Shown here: positions 36,504 to 50,600 of the stretch, one piece after another
Layout: each line of letters opens with the position of its first letter
Position numbering within the stretch: the stretch's first letter is position 1
Assembly (NCBI GenBank): GCA_001244265.2
Contig: CDLV01000016.1
Coordinates: forward strand, 186,001-250,000
DNA length: 64,000 nucleotides
Direction: 5' to 3'
Source: Microbotryum violaceum
Taxonomy: Eukaryota
The notes under the pieces: generated by a model
What the model saw: the letters and a program-made list of their open reading frames with translations, nothing else
Database searches by the model: none
What the model was told of the DNA's origin: nothing
Program-made: the position numbers and the translations under genes

Positions 36504-38257
36504 CGTCGCAAATCACACTTGGGTTCGAGAGATGAGAGAAAGAGAGAGAAACCGGAAGGTGGGTATGAGCGGGTGTGGAGAAGAACCTCGGAGTCGATTA
36601 CGAGTGTAGGCGTAGGTTGTGTGGAGCGCGCGAGAAGTGAGGAGCGAGAGGAAGGGACCAAGATTCGACCGAAGCGTCGTGGTCGAGAATCGAGAATCGA
36701 GATTGAACCTGTCTCGAAACGAGGGCGCGGTGGAGAGCAGGGGCCTTTAAGGAGGGCGCGCCTAATCAGAGCCACCGCTAGCCAGTGTGAGGCTGGAGAC
36801 TTGGCGGGAGGGCAGCGCGCGCCTGCGTCAATGAGCGCATGGTGCCGAGCTGACCCGGCCGACGTCAGGGCGAAACGCCGAAACGTCGGACCGTGTTTCA
36901 CAATAACGTTCAATTCGACCCGGTCGAACACGCAGTATTGTCTCGGAACATTTGCAACACAACGACACCCACCGTGTTCTTCCCGATCTACAATCTGCAG
37001 GCCCGGACGAGCACAGAAGAACTCATCACGACTCGGACACTTGGGCTCATTACAAGCTTCGAGTCGAGGCCCGCACCCGGGTCCAGATTGAGATTTTGAG
37101 GAATTCGCGAAAGGGAGAGAAAATCTTGCAGACGGATCAGTAGATCTCGTTCGAGTGTCGCAAATTGAAAGTGCAAAGAAGAGAGACTTTTGTAAATCCC
37201 ATCGCTGTTAGGAAAGAAATCAGGAAACGATACCTGAAGGTTTGGAACCAAAGTTACCTACGACCGTATGTGCCTAATGGCTTGACCTTCAGCGAATTCA
37301 GCGCTGGAGCCGAGGCCGATGCCGGCCCGAGATCCAGATGCCCGGATCGAGGGATCCGGACTGTCGGCAGAGCTGCCTCAGCTGACGCCCCTGCAGATGG
37401 CATGAAAGGAATTGCCGTCCTTCAACAACTTTTCAGATTGCATGCTAGGCTCTTCGGCTCCATCGATTTCAAGACTGTGTGAGGCTCTGTCGGTTCAGGG
37501 TCCTGGATCCTGGATCCGTACTGCAGAAGTTCTGATTAGCTTTTGGATGATGGGATCGACACGGGGTGTAGTCCAGCCGCCGATCGTGGCACCCATCCCA
37601 TCTCTTGCTTCACTGTGACATCCCCTAAGAAGCATCCCTAATAACCCCCGCTACTTTACGAAACAGTCGCATTGGGTGAAGTAGTCCGTCCAATCCCAGC
37701 AAAATCAATATAAACGACCACCTCAAGGCACCAGACACCGGAAGCTGGACACCGACCGAGAAAAACTCCGGAACCGCCAGATCGCCAGCCACGCGTCGAT
37801 CCTCTCGCGGCTGGGATAAATTGCATTACAAAACGGCCGAACGGCCGCGACCGTCCGGGCGACGGAGGTGATGTTTCTTAATAAAAGAAGGGCTGGCTCT
37901 GTTTCTTTACCACTGAAACGGGCTTGGCCTTGAGAGCGGTTTGTTAGCCTAGAGGTGTCCCTCACGGCAAGACGATTCGATCGCGTAGTACGCACTCGCG
38001 TGCTCTCGGCGATGGAATACAAGCCTCATGGTCGGGATCTCTACCTATGTGTCATTGATGTCAAACTTCATGACGCAGTTTCAACCCTTGTGAGAGTCCT
38101 CGAGCCTTGTCGACCTTTGATCATCGAGTCTGTGCCGCGGAACGAAGGAACTTCTCCCGAGGGACGACGCACGTTTTATGGCTCGATCAGATAGATTATA
38201 CTGCGTGTTGAATTGGCGTCTATACGAATACATGACTGCAGTGAGCGAGTTCCCCCT

Positions 38258-39212
38258 TTACTTCTTTCCCTGCTTGGCAGACTTGACGCCGCTGTTCAAA
38301 GGTTCAGAAGAGGTTCGGGGTCAGCGTTTGCAGCCTGCATTGGAAGCACCACACCACACATATTCGAGCACAGATCGCTGGAAAGTGGGCACACGTACAC
38401 AATCTCCTTTTTCCCCAAAGCCTTGCCCGAACTCTGCACCGTTGCCCCTTCCAAGAAACTCAGATCACTCTCGACGTCAAACTGTCCCCCTTTCCCGCCA
38501 CCCGTACCGCCGTCTGCGTCCTGCATGGACAAGCCAGCGAACCTTGAAGCGAATTTGGCGAGTCGACCTGATTCGTCCGTTTCGACCGCTCGTCCGGCTT
38601 TCGAGTCGGCTGCGGGCGGGTTCCAGAGCTTGTGATTCGAGGGGGAAGTTGTGAGCGGGATGAGCGAGCGGGGGGCGGTGGAGAAGAAGAGTTGGTGAGA
38701 GCCGGACGGCGGCTGCGGGGATGAGATGTAGGGCGTTGGTGTCAGTGAATGGACTCGTTTTAACTTGTGCTGGTGTTCATGCTGAAGGCTGTGGAGGCCG
38801 TCGTCGCGTGAGTCGCTCGCGCGATTGCAACGAGAATACCTCGCCAGCATCATCATCGTCGGGTGCTCAGAGAAGCTGTAACAGAATACCAGCGATCTGA
38901 CTGGATCTGTACCCCCTTCCAGCTCTCCTAACTCCGCTCGATCCCGACCACCACTTCCCTCGCAGCCTCCTCCCCCCGCCAATGACCCACCCCTACACCA
39001 ACTCCACTCCCTTCAAAACTCACTACAGTACTCCCACTCTGCTGAACACCCTGGGTTCCTTTTCCCGCCCCCTCCTGTGCTCGTGCTTCGGCCTGAGCGA
39101 CTGCGAAAGGGGGTGGAGGGTGCGAAACGACCGAGCGGAACATCGGAAGTTTGGCCGGCGGGAGACGCGTGGGCGCCGGTCGGTATTTTGGGATCGAGCG
39201 GGCGGTCGGCAT
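38258..39212 (-). CDS. Probable mitochondrial ribosomal protein bL31m-like, multi-exon
   Basis: Basic presequence-like N-terminus MPTARSIPKYR; core GSHQLFFSTAPRSLIPLTTSPSNHKLWNP...ESGRLAKFASRF resembles fungal bL31m as I recall it; Lys-rich tail. Confidence 0.55.
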
Positions 39213-39467
39213 GGTGGGTTTGGAGCTGGGGAGGCCGCCGGTCGGAGTGGGTTGTGGGTGAGAGGGAAGGCAAGGAAGGAGGGGAGGAGCGCGCGCGTGC
39301 GAAGGCGACGAGATAATAGGGGGAGATCTTGGGTGATTCAGGCAGATTCAGGCCAATTGCGATTCACGAACTTACAAGCTCTCTTTCACATTCAACGAAA
39401 AAGAGGAACAAAACAACATTTCAAAAAGGGATCATTGCTTTCGAATTCAAGCCCACCGCTACGACGC

Positions 39468-42400
39468 CTACTCCTCCCCCATCGTCACATCGGCACCACC
39501 ATTCACAGCTCCAGTCTCACCATTCTGCGTCGATGCTTCTCCCGGAATGCCATCGACGGCCATAGAAGTGGAACTTGTTCGAGCTTCCTCCGTTGTCGCA
39601 ACGGGTTTCGGCTCTTGGACCTCAGCAGCGACCTCTTCTGTCTTGCCCGTTTCCAGCTCCATCGCGTCCCCTGTCGTCGTCGTCGGAGCAGTCGCCTCCC
39701 CACCAATCGCAGTTCCCGACCCATTCTGTCCCGCCTCCTCTTCCATAGCACGTCCCCGCTCCTCATCCCCCTCCTCCTCACTACCCTTCTCCTTCGGCGG
39801 CCTAGTCGAAACCGGTAACCTATCCCTGACAAACTCCTTGACCTTACCCATCGAAGCCCTCAACAAATGAATCGGTCTCCCCTCATCGTCCGGCATCGAC
39901 CTAAACACGTTCCCATACTTCTTCTGATGCTTACCCGCCTTCCTCGAATCCTCGTGCAATGGATGAGTCGAAGGTAACATGACCAGCGATTTCTCTTTGA
40001 ACCAACCTCGAATGCCCGATTCGGCGCCTAATTCGGGAGGGTGTTCGAGGCCGAGGATTTCGATGCATGCGCGAACCCTTTCCCGTACGGATTGTCGATT
40101 TTGTAGAACGTGCATCATCGCGCGCGAACCGGTACCCATACTGAAGAGCACGATGTTGGTCGCGACGGATAAACCGGCGATTTGGTCCCATACGAACAAC
40201 GCCAATTCCTTCTCCAATCGAGCATCTCGAGCGAGATCGGGGGCGATGATCGTTCCTTTGTTCGTTACGGTATGCGCGAGAAAGTTGACGTCGATCAAAC
40301 CAAAGTTGTTGTCGGTGATGGCCCAGTCCAAGACTTCGCGAGAGGTGTCGATCAAAGTCGTACGTTCGAGATCGATGTCCAAGTTCGCGGCGGTGAAGGA
40401 GGCTTTCATCGAGCCAATGTCGTGCATGAAGATGATCAGGGTCTCGCAGTCGTACACATCCGAACTGTGATTTTACAAAACCGATCGTCAATGATTGTGG
40501 CGGTTCGAGAAAGACGCCGACATTCACTTACGAGCACAGCACTTGATCCTTGTACGCCTCTTCCAATTCAGGATCCGCAAGTTCGATGTTGTACATCGCA
40601 TAGTCGTGGTACAGCTCGTACACCCGATGTGACTTGAGCATTTCTAACCAGGGTAATGCCAAACATTCCTGATCAGTCACAAGAACACCCTCTTCGACAG
40701 AGAGGCAATCGGTCTTACCGGCCAACGGGATCATTCTCCCCGCATCTTTCGCCTCTTCAGGCGATTCCAACGCATAGCCCATCGATTTCCAATACTTGCT
40801 CTGTACCTTCATCACCTCATGACACACATTCGTAGCTGACTGACTCGCTGCGCCCAATTCCAACCTCCTCGGTTCATCGCCGACCAAAACTTCCACACAA
40901 GCATGAGCTGATTTAACGACCGATTCGACGTTGTAACCACCTTCCAAAGCCAAGACGAGCTTCCCATCGGCGAGAACGGAAAGTAGGTGCGTCATGTGCG
41001 CGAATCCAGCCGGCGTGACTTTCATTTGCCCCAATTCATCCCCCTCCGCCGCATCGTACCCGGCCGAAACGAGCACGAAATCCGGTGCGAATTCGTACGC
41101 GATCGGCATGATGATTTGTTGGAACGCATAGATATAATCCGCATCCCCCATACCTGTATGAGGGAAGGGGACGTTGACCGAGAACCCTTTCCCCGGTCCG
41201 TCACCGACGGTTTCGGCGGCTCCGTACGTTCCTCCGGGATAAAAGGCACCGTCGTGGCGATGGAGGGACATGTAAAGGACGTTCGGGTCATCCCAGAAGG
41301 CCTTTTGGGTTCCGTTACCGTGGTGAACGTCCCAATCGAGAATGAGGATTTTGTTCATCTTTTTGACGCGCGTCGCACCCGTCGTCGAGGGTACGGTTGG
41401 ATTACCGTCAACTTGGGAAGCAGCGCTTTGGCCGTCGTCGTATATGGTGCGCAACCATTTCGCGGCGACGGCGACGTTGTTGAAAAAGCAGAAACCCATC
41501 GCGTCTTCGGGTTCGGCGTGATGACCCGGTGGACTGTAGGGGTTTGTTTCAGACTGCTTAGTATCTAGGCGCATGAACCGGTCCCCGCGAGCTGAGCCGT
41601 CGACAGCACCTACCGGACAATAGCGAATCCGTTTCTGATCCGTCCTTCGGCGACGGCACCGCACATCTCAATTACCCCACCACAGGATAGACGTGCGCAA
41701 AGCGCCGTATCAGGGTTGACGTAAAGCGACAATCGATCAAAGTATTCCGAGCAGGTTTCGAGGTATTCGGGTGTTTGAACTGGGAGTGATGCAAATTTTG
41801 GTATGGGGGTCAACACGGCGGGGGAGTGGGTCGAGTTCGAAGTCGGTTATCACTCACATCCTAGGGCTCGGACGCGATCGAAATGGGCTTGCGAGTGTAC
41901 CAAGGTGACTTCATCCCGCAACGCTTCTCGAACGGCGATTCGTTCCATCCTTCCCAGGAAGCCCGTGCCTGTTCAAAGGAATGAATGTCAAGACCAGATA
42001 TTCGAAGCCCCACTTTACAGTGCACTGCACTGACCATTCAATTTGTGGTAAATGCCCGTGATCCTCGCCGGTTGTTCGGGGTGCAACTCCCCCCTCGCCA
42101 CGGCCGGCAACTGCTGATGCATCGTCATCCGACTCGAATAGCAATACCCACTCGGGGTCCTGCCCAATCCCATCTTTTTCAACGTCTTGGCATCCAAGCG
42201 CAAGACTTGTTCCTCCCTCATCACTTCGGGGGTTTTAGCTTTCACCGCTCGAGAAGCAGCGACTTGGAGCGCGTGACGTTGTTCGGGACGCATGCGTTCT
42301 TCTTCCTCCGTCAAGGAGATCCGAACCGGGTGGGAATTCTTGGCGATCCCCGTTGAGGCGGAATCGACGTGGGTCGGAGCGACGTACGGTGGTGGTTCGA

Positions 42401-43016
42401 CGTAGGGTTGGGGGTTGGGGTGGGCGTTCGCGATCGCTCGGACGGCGGCGAATCCGAGCACGTGAGCGACGACGGGCGCGCGTGAACCGTCCGGGCTGTG
42501 GGTGATGATGACGGGATCTACCGTAGAGGCTACGGCGGAGGAAGCAGTAGGAGCAGGGTCGGAAGTGCTGGATCGGAGAGCATCCTGACTTGCTGCAGCA
42601 GGAGGTGCGGAGGCTGAGCTGAGCGAGGACGAGAACGGTGCAGCAGGGGCTCCGACGGTCGACAAACGCGGTGGATCGACAACAATATCGGTCGAGGTCG
42701 AAGGCACCGGAAACGACGAGGATGATTCGACAGCAGGGTCTACACTGCTACTGGTCGTTGTCGAGGACATGGTCGTATCCTGTTGGGATTCAGCGGGGGC
42801 TGAAGCAGCGAAGGCAGACGAGGCCGGAGCCGACAGCTCATTCGTCGTGTTCGCGGCGGAAAGACTGGTCTCATCGCCAGTGCGCTGGGTGCTGGCTGTA
42901 GTGGAAGCAGGCGTGAGGAAAGATTCCGGGGTGGGAATGGCCTGGGTGTAGGGCTGTTGAGAGGGGCCCGCCTCGTCCATGGCGGGGAGCGGATCTGGGA
43001 CAGAGGGGGCAGACAT
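39468..43016 (-). CDS. HDA1: Class II histone deacetylase (Hda1/Clr3-like) with C-terminal Arb2-like domain, multi-exon
   Basis: HPEQPARI, R|PPGHHA, GFCFFNNVAVA, DWDVHHGNGTQ, SLHR, SAGYDAAEGD, LEGGY all intact. Confidence 0.93.
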
Positions 43017-43739
43017 GGGTCAGGGACGAGGCAGAAGGTCGCAATGGACAGGCAGGACGTGGGGGGACGTCATGGCGAGCTCATGCCGGCTACTCCAACA
43101 TCGGGTGAGTGTCGTGCACCGGCTCGGACGCGATGGGCAACGATCGACCGAGCGCGATTTTGTAGATTCCCCGCCGAAAAAGCAGCCTCACTCACCAAGA
43201 TTCGACGAGCACTCTAGAGACCCCCGTGGGTTTTGAAAGAATGGGTCGAGCGACGGCGCGAGTCCTCCGTCGCGGGTGCGGTGGGGTTGGGGTTCCGGTC
43301 GAACAAAACACGAAGGGAAGGAAAGCGCAGTGGGCCACGCTAGTCGCTAGTCCGACATCATGTTCGCCCAGCTTGCCGGGCATTTACCAAAGAAAAGTCC
43401 AGACCGTGTACTCTTAATTTTATGTGGTTGCTATATGTCGGGTTAAATTCTAGAATGGTACTATTAATGCCGCCGTACCTGTAGGCCGTACAAAATCCCC
43501 ACCGCAGCCGCGCACTCGATCAGTCCAAGTCAGCACGCCCCTGTGCTGCTGCCAGTGCAGTGTGGCCTCAGGCTCAACTGGTCCACGTGTCACACCTCGG
43601 AGTCGCACGCATGTTCATCTACTCTAGCTAATGTCCTCTAGACCCGAGTCGATCTCTCAAAAAACTGAATTACTCGGGACACCTCCAAGGCCATGGTCAC
43701 GCTCTACAAGCAATGCACTGCGGAAGCTCCCGGGTCAAG

Positions 43740-45323
43740 CCGTTGATGCCTTGGGTCCTGGTGAGGCGTAGGTTCTCTTGATGCAATCGGATGTGTTGAG
43801 TCGATCGGTCTCGACTTGGGAGGATATCCGTAAATCACAAACTCCAGGATGGGACGTTGGGTGCAATGCGGGATTGAGAAGTACTCGTCGCGTTTGGCAA
43901 GTAGTGCGCAAAGAATGGTGAACGCGAGACTCGCCACCTCGACCCCTTTACTGGACCTTTGTCCTAGGTGTTCAAAAGTTCAATGTCAGTCTGTGCTTGC
44001 GCCTTAAACAGAATAGAACATCAGGGAAAGAGCCGAAGACGCGTACGTTCGCCATCACCATCCTCTTCGTCCCCTTCCTCGCGGTCTTCATCCTCATCAT
44101 CGCGGTCTTTGTCCTCCTCTTCGCCTCCGTCATCAAGACTGAGACCCGCAAGTACCTCGCGCGGGTGGACACCATTGTCGATCTGCTCTCGGTTTCTGGT
44201 GATTGGCAGCCCAGCTTGGCGAAACCCGCAAAGAGAAATGTTGGGGTGGAAGCCATCTTCCCCTGCAGGAAATAGTAGTGGCTACCGGAGAGGCAACGCA
44301 GACGGATGGAGCGAGCTGATGACTTGGTACTTGGGGCCGACCATCGGGACATCGATCGCGTGCACCTGGAGAATACGGTCTTGAGGTCCACGATCTCCCA
44401 TGTTGGTGTCGGAATCGCAGATAAGCATCGCCATTTCCATTTCCGTGTTTGACGTAGGAAGGTTGTGGGTACGTCGGTCCCGGCCTGGCGGGAGGCAGAG
44501 GCGCAGGATCCACTCTTTGGCCGTATCCCAACCTGCGCGAGCTTTGGCCGATGCGAACTCCCTCACAAAGCGATTGCCGGTGCGCAGAATGGACTCGAGC
44601 TTGGTCAAAGTAGATCGTTGCATGCGACTGTCTGCGCCGTCGGGTCCAAGTCGAGTGTCGGTGGCCTCGGCCGGGTCGATCAGCCATGTTTGAGCAAAGG
44701 TTGGGCGTTGAGTCACGGCAGGGATCAGGGCGCCGAGTCGATGGTAGAGGCGACCAAACACGCGAAACACGGTGGCTCCTAGTTCCCAGTGCTGAGCCTT
44801 GCAGTGGGTGCACACGGCCGTCTGGGGGCCGAGGTCGTCGCGGATCCAAACGTGGGCTTGAGGGGTTTGAGCGCGATTCGAGCCCGGCGCACTCGCCTTT
44901 GCGGAGGTGGTGGTGGGGCGAGCCCAGCGTCGAGTTGGCCATCGCGCTGACCACGCTGTCCGTTCTGCACAGCTGCACGGCGGGCTCTTATACGTGTCGC
45001 AATGCCAAGATCGGTTGAATTGTTGTCATGACGCGCCGGGGGGCTGATTCTGTTGATCGGAGCGGGACGAAGAGGAGGGTCAAGCCGCGGGGCGCCCAGC
45101 AGCGAGCGCTCGAGCAGGCCCATGGTAGCCCATGGTACGGCGCTACCCTCGCGCCCAAGACTTGGCGAGATTGCGATGGCCCTCCCTGAGTCCCTGGCGA
45201 CCTTGGGACCGGGACATAGCAGCGAGGGTTTGTTCTTGAATGAGTGTCACTAAAATTGGATGAGAGTGAGAGGGAGAAAGGAAAGGTTCAAGGGAGTGGC
45301 GCAGGATTATTTACGTGGTTTGA
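43740..45323 (-). mobile_element. Degenerate Helitron fragment (N-terminal Rep-helicase region only)
   Basis: CxxC.AQHW, FRVFGRLYHRLGAL, PTFAQ.WLID, NRFVREF, R.HNLPT, ISSLHPS..PL..PLLFP.GEDGFHP and HIRLHQENLR remnants across frameshifts. No Rep catalytic or PIF1 helicase part. The 5' end (A|TC at 45323) is tentative. Confidence 0.8.
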
Positions 45324-46263
45324 TTCGTTGTTCAGCCCCTAATGCCGCTGGTCGACTGCCGGAATGACACTGACACCGCCGGCGCACCGCATCACGTGAC
45401 AAACGCCAGCCCTCGCCTCGCACGTCAGGCAGAGCTCTGCTGTAGAAGCAATATCATGCAAAGCCACGCGCTTGCGGTTCATTAAATGCAATATGAGTGG
45501 AAGCATTGTTTTATGTGAGCGGAAAAAAAGAAGGAAAATACTGGGAGCGCTGTAGCTTCGTTGGAACGGCGCGGAAAATACAAAAGTCACCACAGGGCTT
45601 GTACATGACTTCTGATCGGAACATGGACACCACAGGCAGGTGCTGCAGACACAACAGTATGCTGGTACATCCACCACAGGCGGCCCGGAGGGCCGCAACC
45701 CAGTTAAAAACAGAGATTTTAGGTACATTCCTTGACTCACACTTTTTTTTTTACTAGTTGGGGTAACTAGTTAGGGTAAAGAGCTCCCACTGCATTGGCC
45801 TGACGATGTGGTGCCTAGTAGCAGCAAGGATGTTGCCCAACACCTTGAGGGTATCACGGTAGCATTTTAATGGGGAGCTTGCGCAGTGGCCATGGGGCAG
45901 AGGTCGCTGTAGGAGACACTACTACTTAGTAGTGCGACTCACTCGAGCTCGGAGATGTCGAACCAAATTTGGACGTAATACTAGGCGCTCGGCGGACAAC
46001 AACTTAACGATCCATTAGGAATGATCAGCTGGCTACGCTGCAGTGCCGAGTTTCTTTGACATGGCAGCTAGTTTGTGATATTACGAAAAGGAAGATGAGG
46101 ACCAAATTAAAATGGCGTCATAGCAGAGATGTGAGTGTTCGCCGCTCGATCAGAGTCGCTCAGGCTGCCGCGCTAATCGGCCGCGCTAAGCTCACGCTGC
46201 TGGCCCCACTTTGCACCTCTCCGCTCGACGCGCTGCACCTCACCCACCCTACTTCCCAACACC

Positions 46264-47404
46264 ATGCAAGGCGCATTACTGAGTGGACTAACCGAGAAGC
46301 CGCAGCAGCGTGCCTTCAACCCTTACTCTGTACGTGCATGTACAATCACACCATGAGCCGATCACGAGTTCCAGCCACGGACGCTGACGACGCTTTCCCG
46401 GCTCACTGTCGTACAGGACAATGGAGGCGAGTCAGCTCTCGATTCCGATCCGAGGTAGCGGTTTCTAATCAGGAGCGACGTCGTATCTTCGCAGGAACGA
46501 TCCTGGCCATCTCGTCCAAGGATTTTGCGATCGTCGCGAGTGACACGCGCCAGTCGGAGGGCTACAACATCCAGACCCGTACGGCGAGGAGGTGTTACCA
46601 GTTGACCGATCAGGTCGTCATCGCCACCGTGGGCTTCCAGGCCGATGCGAGCAACCTGGTCAAGAGGATCAAGCAGAGGTTGGAGGTCAGTTGTGCGATG
46701 GATGTGTAGAGTGGGGCGGAGGACGGCGACGAGCGCCAGGAGGAGAAAGGGACTGATATGTCTCGTCTTGGTTTCTCAACAGTGGTACTACCACACCCAT
46801 GGTGAAAAGCCGTCGTTGCCTTCGATCGCTCGGTTGGTGCAGACGATGCTCTACGGCAAGCGCTTCTTTCCTTACTACGCCTGGGTCATTCGTACGTCGA
46901 TCCGCACCGTCCAGCCATCACATCACACACTCTCCCTGCTACTCCACTCACAACCTTTTTTTCCCTCTCCCCATAGTCGGAGGCATCGACCGGGACGGAA
47001 CAGGTGCGGTCTACTCGTTCGACCCGGTCGGTTCGTACGAAAGGGAATCCTGTCGCGCCGCCGGGGCCGCGCAATCGCTGGTCCAACCTTTCCTCGACAA
47101 CCTCGTCTACGGCAAGAACCAAGTGCGTGACCCGGCGTTGCCCCCTCTCGCCAAGGGGGAACGACCTGCCCAACCGTTGGAAACGGTGTTGGCGTTGGTG
47201 ACGGATGCGTTGACGGGCGCGGCGGAGAGGGAGATCGCGGTCGGGGATGGGTTGGATGTGTTTACGATCGTGAAAGGGGAGGGGATCAAGTATCGTCATA
47301 TCCGTGAGTGCAGAGATAAACCTGCTTGCGCGGTTTCAGAGATGGGTTTGCTGAATTTTGGGTGATGATCGTTCGTGGTTCTGACAGCGCTCAAGAAGGA
47401 TTAG
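46264..47404 (+). CDS. PRE7: 20S proteasome subunit beta 6 (PSMB1), multi-exon
   Basis: FNPYS|DNGG|TILAI...ASDTRQSEGYNI, MLYGKRFFPYY, GAVYSFDPVGSYERE, LVQPFLDN, AAEREIAVGDGL, LKKD*. Confidence 0.96.
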
Positions 47405-47619
47405 CGCGTTCGCGTTCTGTGTAACACCATGTTTTTTTTCCTTTTTTTCTTTTTCTTTTCCCTTTGCAATATGAATGAATTACCGTGTGGGTAGTTGAAA
47501 ACTAACTGAAGCGAGTGAAAAAAGCTCAAGCTCAGCCCGGGGGGGAGTTGCCCCTCTCGGCTCTCTCTGCCTCTGCCCGTCGTGTTCTCCCCGGCCAGTC
47601 GCGTCGGCGTGTTCCGACG

Positions 47620-50600
47620 ATGGCCACCGCATCGACCTCGACCTCAATTAGGAACCCGAACTCGAACGCGGACGAGCTCGACCCGGCCACGCTGTTCAAC
47701 TTTGCCTCCTTGCACCTCCACGTACCCCGCCACGCTGAATCAACCGACCGCTCATCGTCTCCCCCACCGGCGACCTCGGCCAGTTCGATCGCTCAGTTGG
47801 GGCCGGAGCAGAGGAAGAGCGTGGACGAGTGGGTGACCAAGCTTGCAGAGGATGCGGAGAGGAACTGCGCCTATCTGGGTGAGTTGGTGGCGTGTAATGT
47901 GCGCTGGTCTTAGTGAGCGGGAAGCTGGTACGGGCAGGCGCAGTGGGGGGGAAGCGCTCTGAGTGGGTGTTCTGTCCCTGCTGGAGCTGATACCCCGTGT
48001 TTACTCGTCAGATGAATCGCTTCCTTTCTACCTCGTCATCAAACTACCCCGCCAACCCGTGTTGGACAGAGCTCAAGCAGCGGCGTTCTTCCTACCTTGC
48101 ACCTCCACCTCCAACTCCTCGGCCCCTATCACTTTGGCCCCTCATCTCATCCTCTCCGCCGACGCCTCTTTGGTAGAAGGCTACGATCCACCTCCTACGA
48201 ACGCTTCTTCCGCCTCGAGAACTCAACCGAGACCTTCCCTCCGTCCCGAAACTACCGTCCAAGATCCCAACGACGACGATCCTCACCGACCACCCCACTT
48301 GCACTCATCCGCTTCCGCTTCCCCTTCCAACGCGAATTCCATAGGTCTCGGCATCGGACAAAGTCCAAGCTTGGTCTCTTCGCTCCAAACGGCCCACCTC
48401 TCCATGTTGGGAGGTCCCAAAGTTCCCCTGACGCCGAGTCCGTTGCCGACCAAGAGGGAGAAGGATTTGGGCTACGTCAAAGAGGTCGAGAGCGTGCCGC
48501 TTTGGAGTTGCACGTTCGATACGAGCCGCAATGAGAGTGAGGAGGAGCGGGACCGATTCGGGATGAGCGAGGCCAAGGGGAAGAGGGAGCAGTCCGGTGG
48601 CAGGGTTTGGGTGGGCAGACTGGGTGGAGAGGAAGGGGACGGACCGTGGGTGGGGGTTTGGGAGTTTAGGGGGGATGTCGGTCAGTTCTCCCGGAAACTC
48701 AAATTGCGATCTTTACTCGGGACTGAACATAGTTCATTCTTTGCAGCCTACGTACGATCACGCCTCGTCTCACCGAGGCTATGTCTGACCCTCAACGTCG
48801 CCTTCAGGGATGATCCCGGCTTGGGGGAGATGATGAAGAGATTAGGGCGGCAAGGCGCAGCTGCAGGTGGTGCTCAACACCTCGATGGAGAGGAGACGTA
48901 TGACCCGGATGAATATCTCGTCGAGAGCTTTGAAGGTGCGCCGAGGTTCGATCCGCATCAGCAATGGTGATCGAACCTTGCACATGACTGAGCCGCCCCC
49001 ACTTTTCATTCACCAGACGTCAACCTACTCGAAGGCCTTTCCTCTTCCTTCCCCAACGGCAACGAAGCGCCTCTACACCTACCCGCATCCCGACTGCCCC
49101 AGCCTTTCTCTTCCCCCGTATCAGGACCGACGATTTCGCGACGCCCTTCTCGAGCTTTGACGCTCGTTGATGCGCCGAATTTGGGCTTGACGGATGGCGT
49201 TGTACATCCCTCGATTCGGAGGGCCGTACAGAGGGTTCTACCCGTTCGATCACCGATCATCGTAAGAATGAGAGCTGCACCATGCCCAATACATGTCCCA
49301 TCTCCGACAAGTCTCAACCCTTCTTCGGCGGGGGAATCGGTTTCGAAACGCTTTGTCGGAGGTGGTGGCATTTCGAGTAGGGGCTCGGACGACCCGAATG
49401 AACAAAGAGGATTGGTGATGTGCGTCGAAGTCGAAGGCACGGGAGCCACACCGCATGATCCGGCTTTGGATTCAGAAGATGAAGGGTTCGAAATCCTTAG
49501 TGTTCGAGTGGAGATTGCCGGTTCGACGTCTAGTGCGATCACTACTGCCGGCAAGGGGAATGGGCTGGATCTTGGGATCGGGATGGGTAAAGGGTTAATG
49601 AGGAGTGACGTGTTGGTAAAACCGATCGGGCAAGCGGAGGACCAAACTTTCCCGTTCATCATCGGTTCGAACGAACAACACAACTTTCTTTACGCCATCA
49701 CCGTCGCTCCCGATGCAGCGCAAGACGTGGACGTAGGCTTCGTCAGAACGCTTCCGGCCCAGGTATTGCCGCCTCCTATACCTGTCGTAGTGGCTACGAG
49801 TCCGAGTCAGAGGTTCGCGTCAAGGTTCGGAGCTGGGGTAGGAGAAGGTGAGGGAGGTGAGGCCGAACGGACGAGGGAAGGAGACATGAGAGAGGCTGTG
49901 AGGGTCGGCACGGCGGCGACGTTGAGGAATGTGACGATCGTGGTGAGGGGGAGACCTATACAGGCTTCGAGGAACAAGTCAAAGGGGTATACGATCGAGG
50001 GGGAGGCTCCTCGACCCGATTCGACAACCGAGGACTACGTCTCGGCTACTGCACCTTTCGCTTCTAGATGGAACACGACACTGGACATCTCCTCCTTCGC
50101 TTATCGTACCCCACCTCGGAAAGCGATTTTTGAGCATCGCGAACGCGTCAACCCGTTCGCCCTCCCACCAGCCCTAGCAGCCGCTACCGCACGCGCAGCT
50201 CGACAATCCTTGATCGACAATAACGAAGGGAAGAAGAGTCTACGCAATTCAACCCAGGTAGCCCCGATGGAGGCCGAAACTATTGCGGGGAGCAAAAAAT
50301 ATACGATGGCTTCGCTGGCGGCGATGGCGGCTCGGTCGCCTGTGTTGGCGAGGAATGGAGCGCATCATCATCATCATCATCAGCAACATCAGTCGGTGTC
50401 GATGACCGATTCACCGAGGAGCTCGATGCAGATCAATAGAGCTTTACCTTCCGTACCCCAGAAACAGGATTCGTTGGCCAAGAGGTACTTCTCTTTACCA
50501 CCTGGTGGAGGATCACCGCTGACGAACGCGTTCGCGAATCGACCTAGGAGTCCGTTCAATCCGACCAATAGGGGGGAGACGCCACCGCCGGGTTGGAGGG

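Noticed and set aside
35988-37091. 367-aa plus-strand ORF
   Set aside because: Antisense to G-alpha exon 1, intron and promoter; non-ATG start and no domain features.
43465-45348. 9-bp direct repeat TAATGCCGC flanking the Helitron fragment as a target-site duplication
   Set aside because: No terminal inverted repeats inside it, Helitrons make no TSD, and a 9-mer match is plausible by chance.
45753-45780. ACTAGTTGGGGTA/ACTAGTTAGGGTA tandem with a TTAGGG
   Set aside because: Only two imperfect units; insufficient for an interstitial telomere or array.
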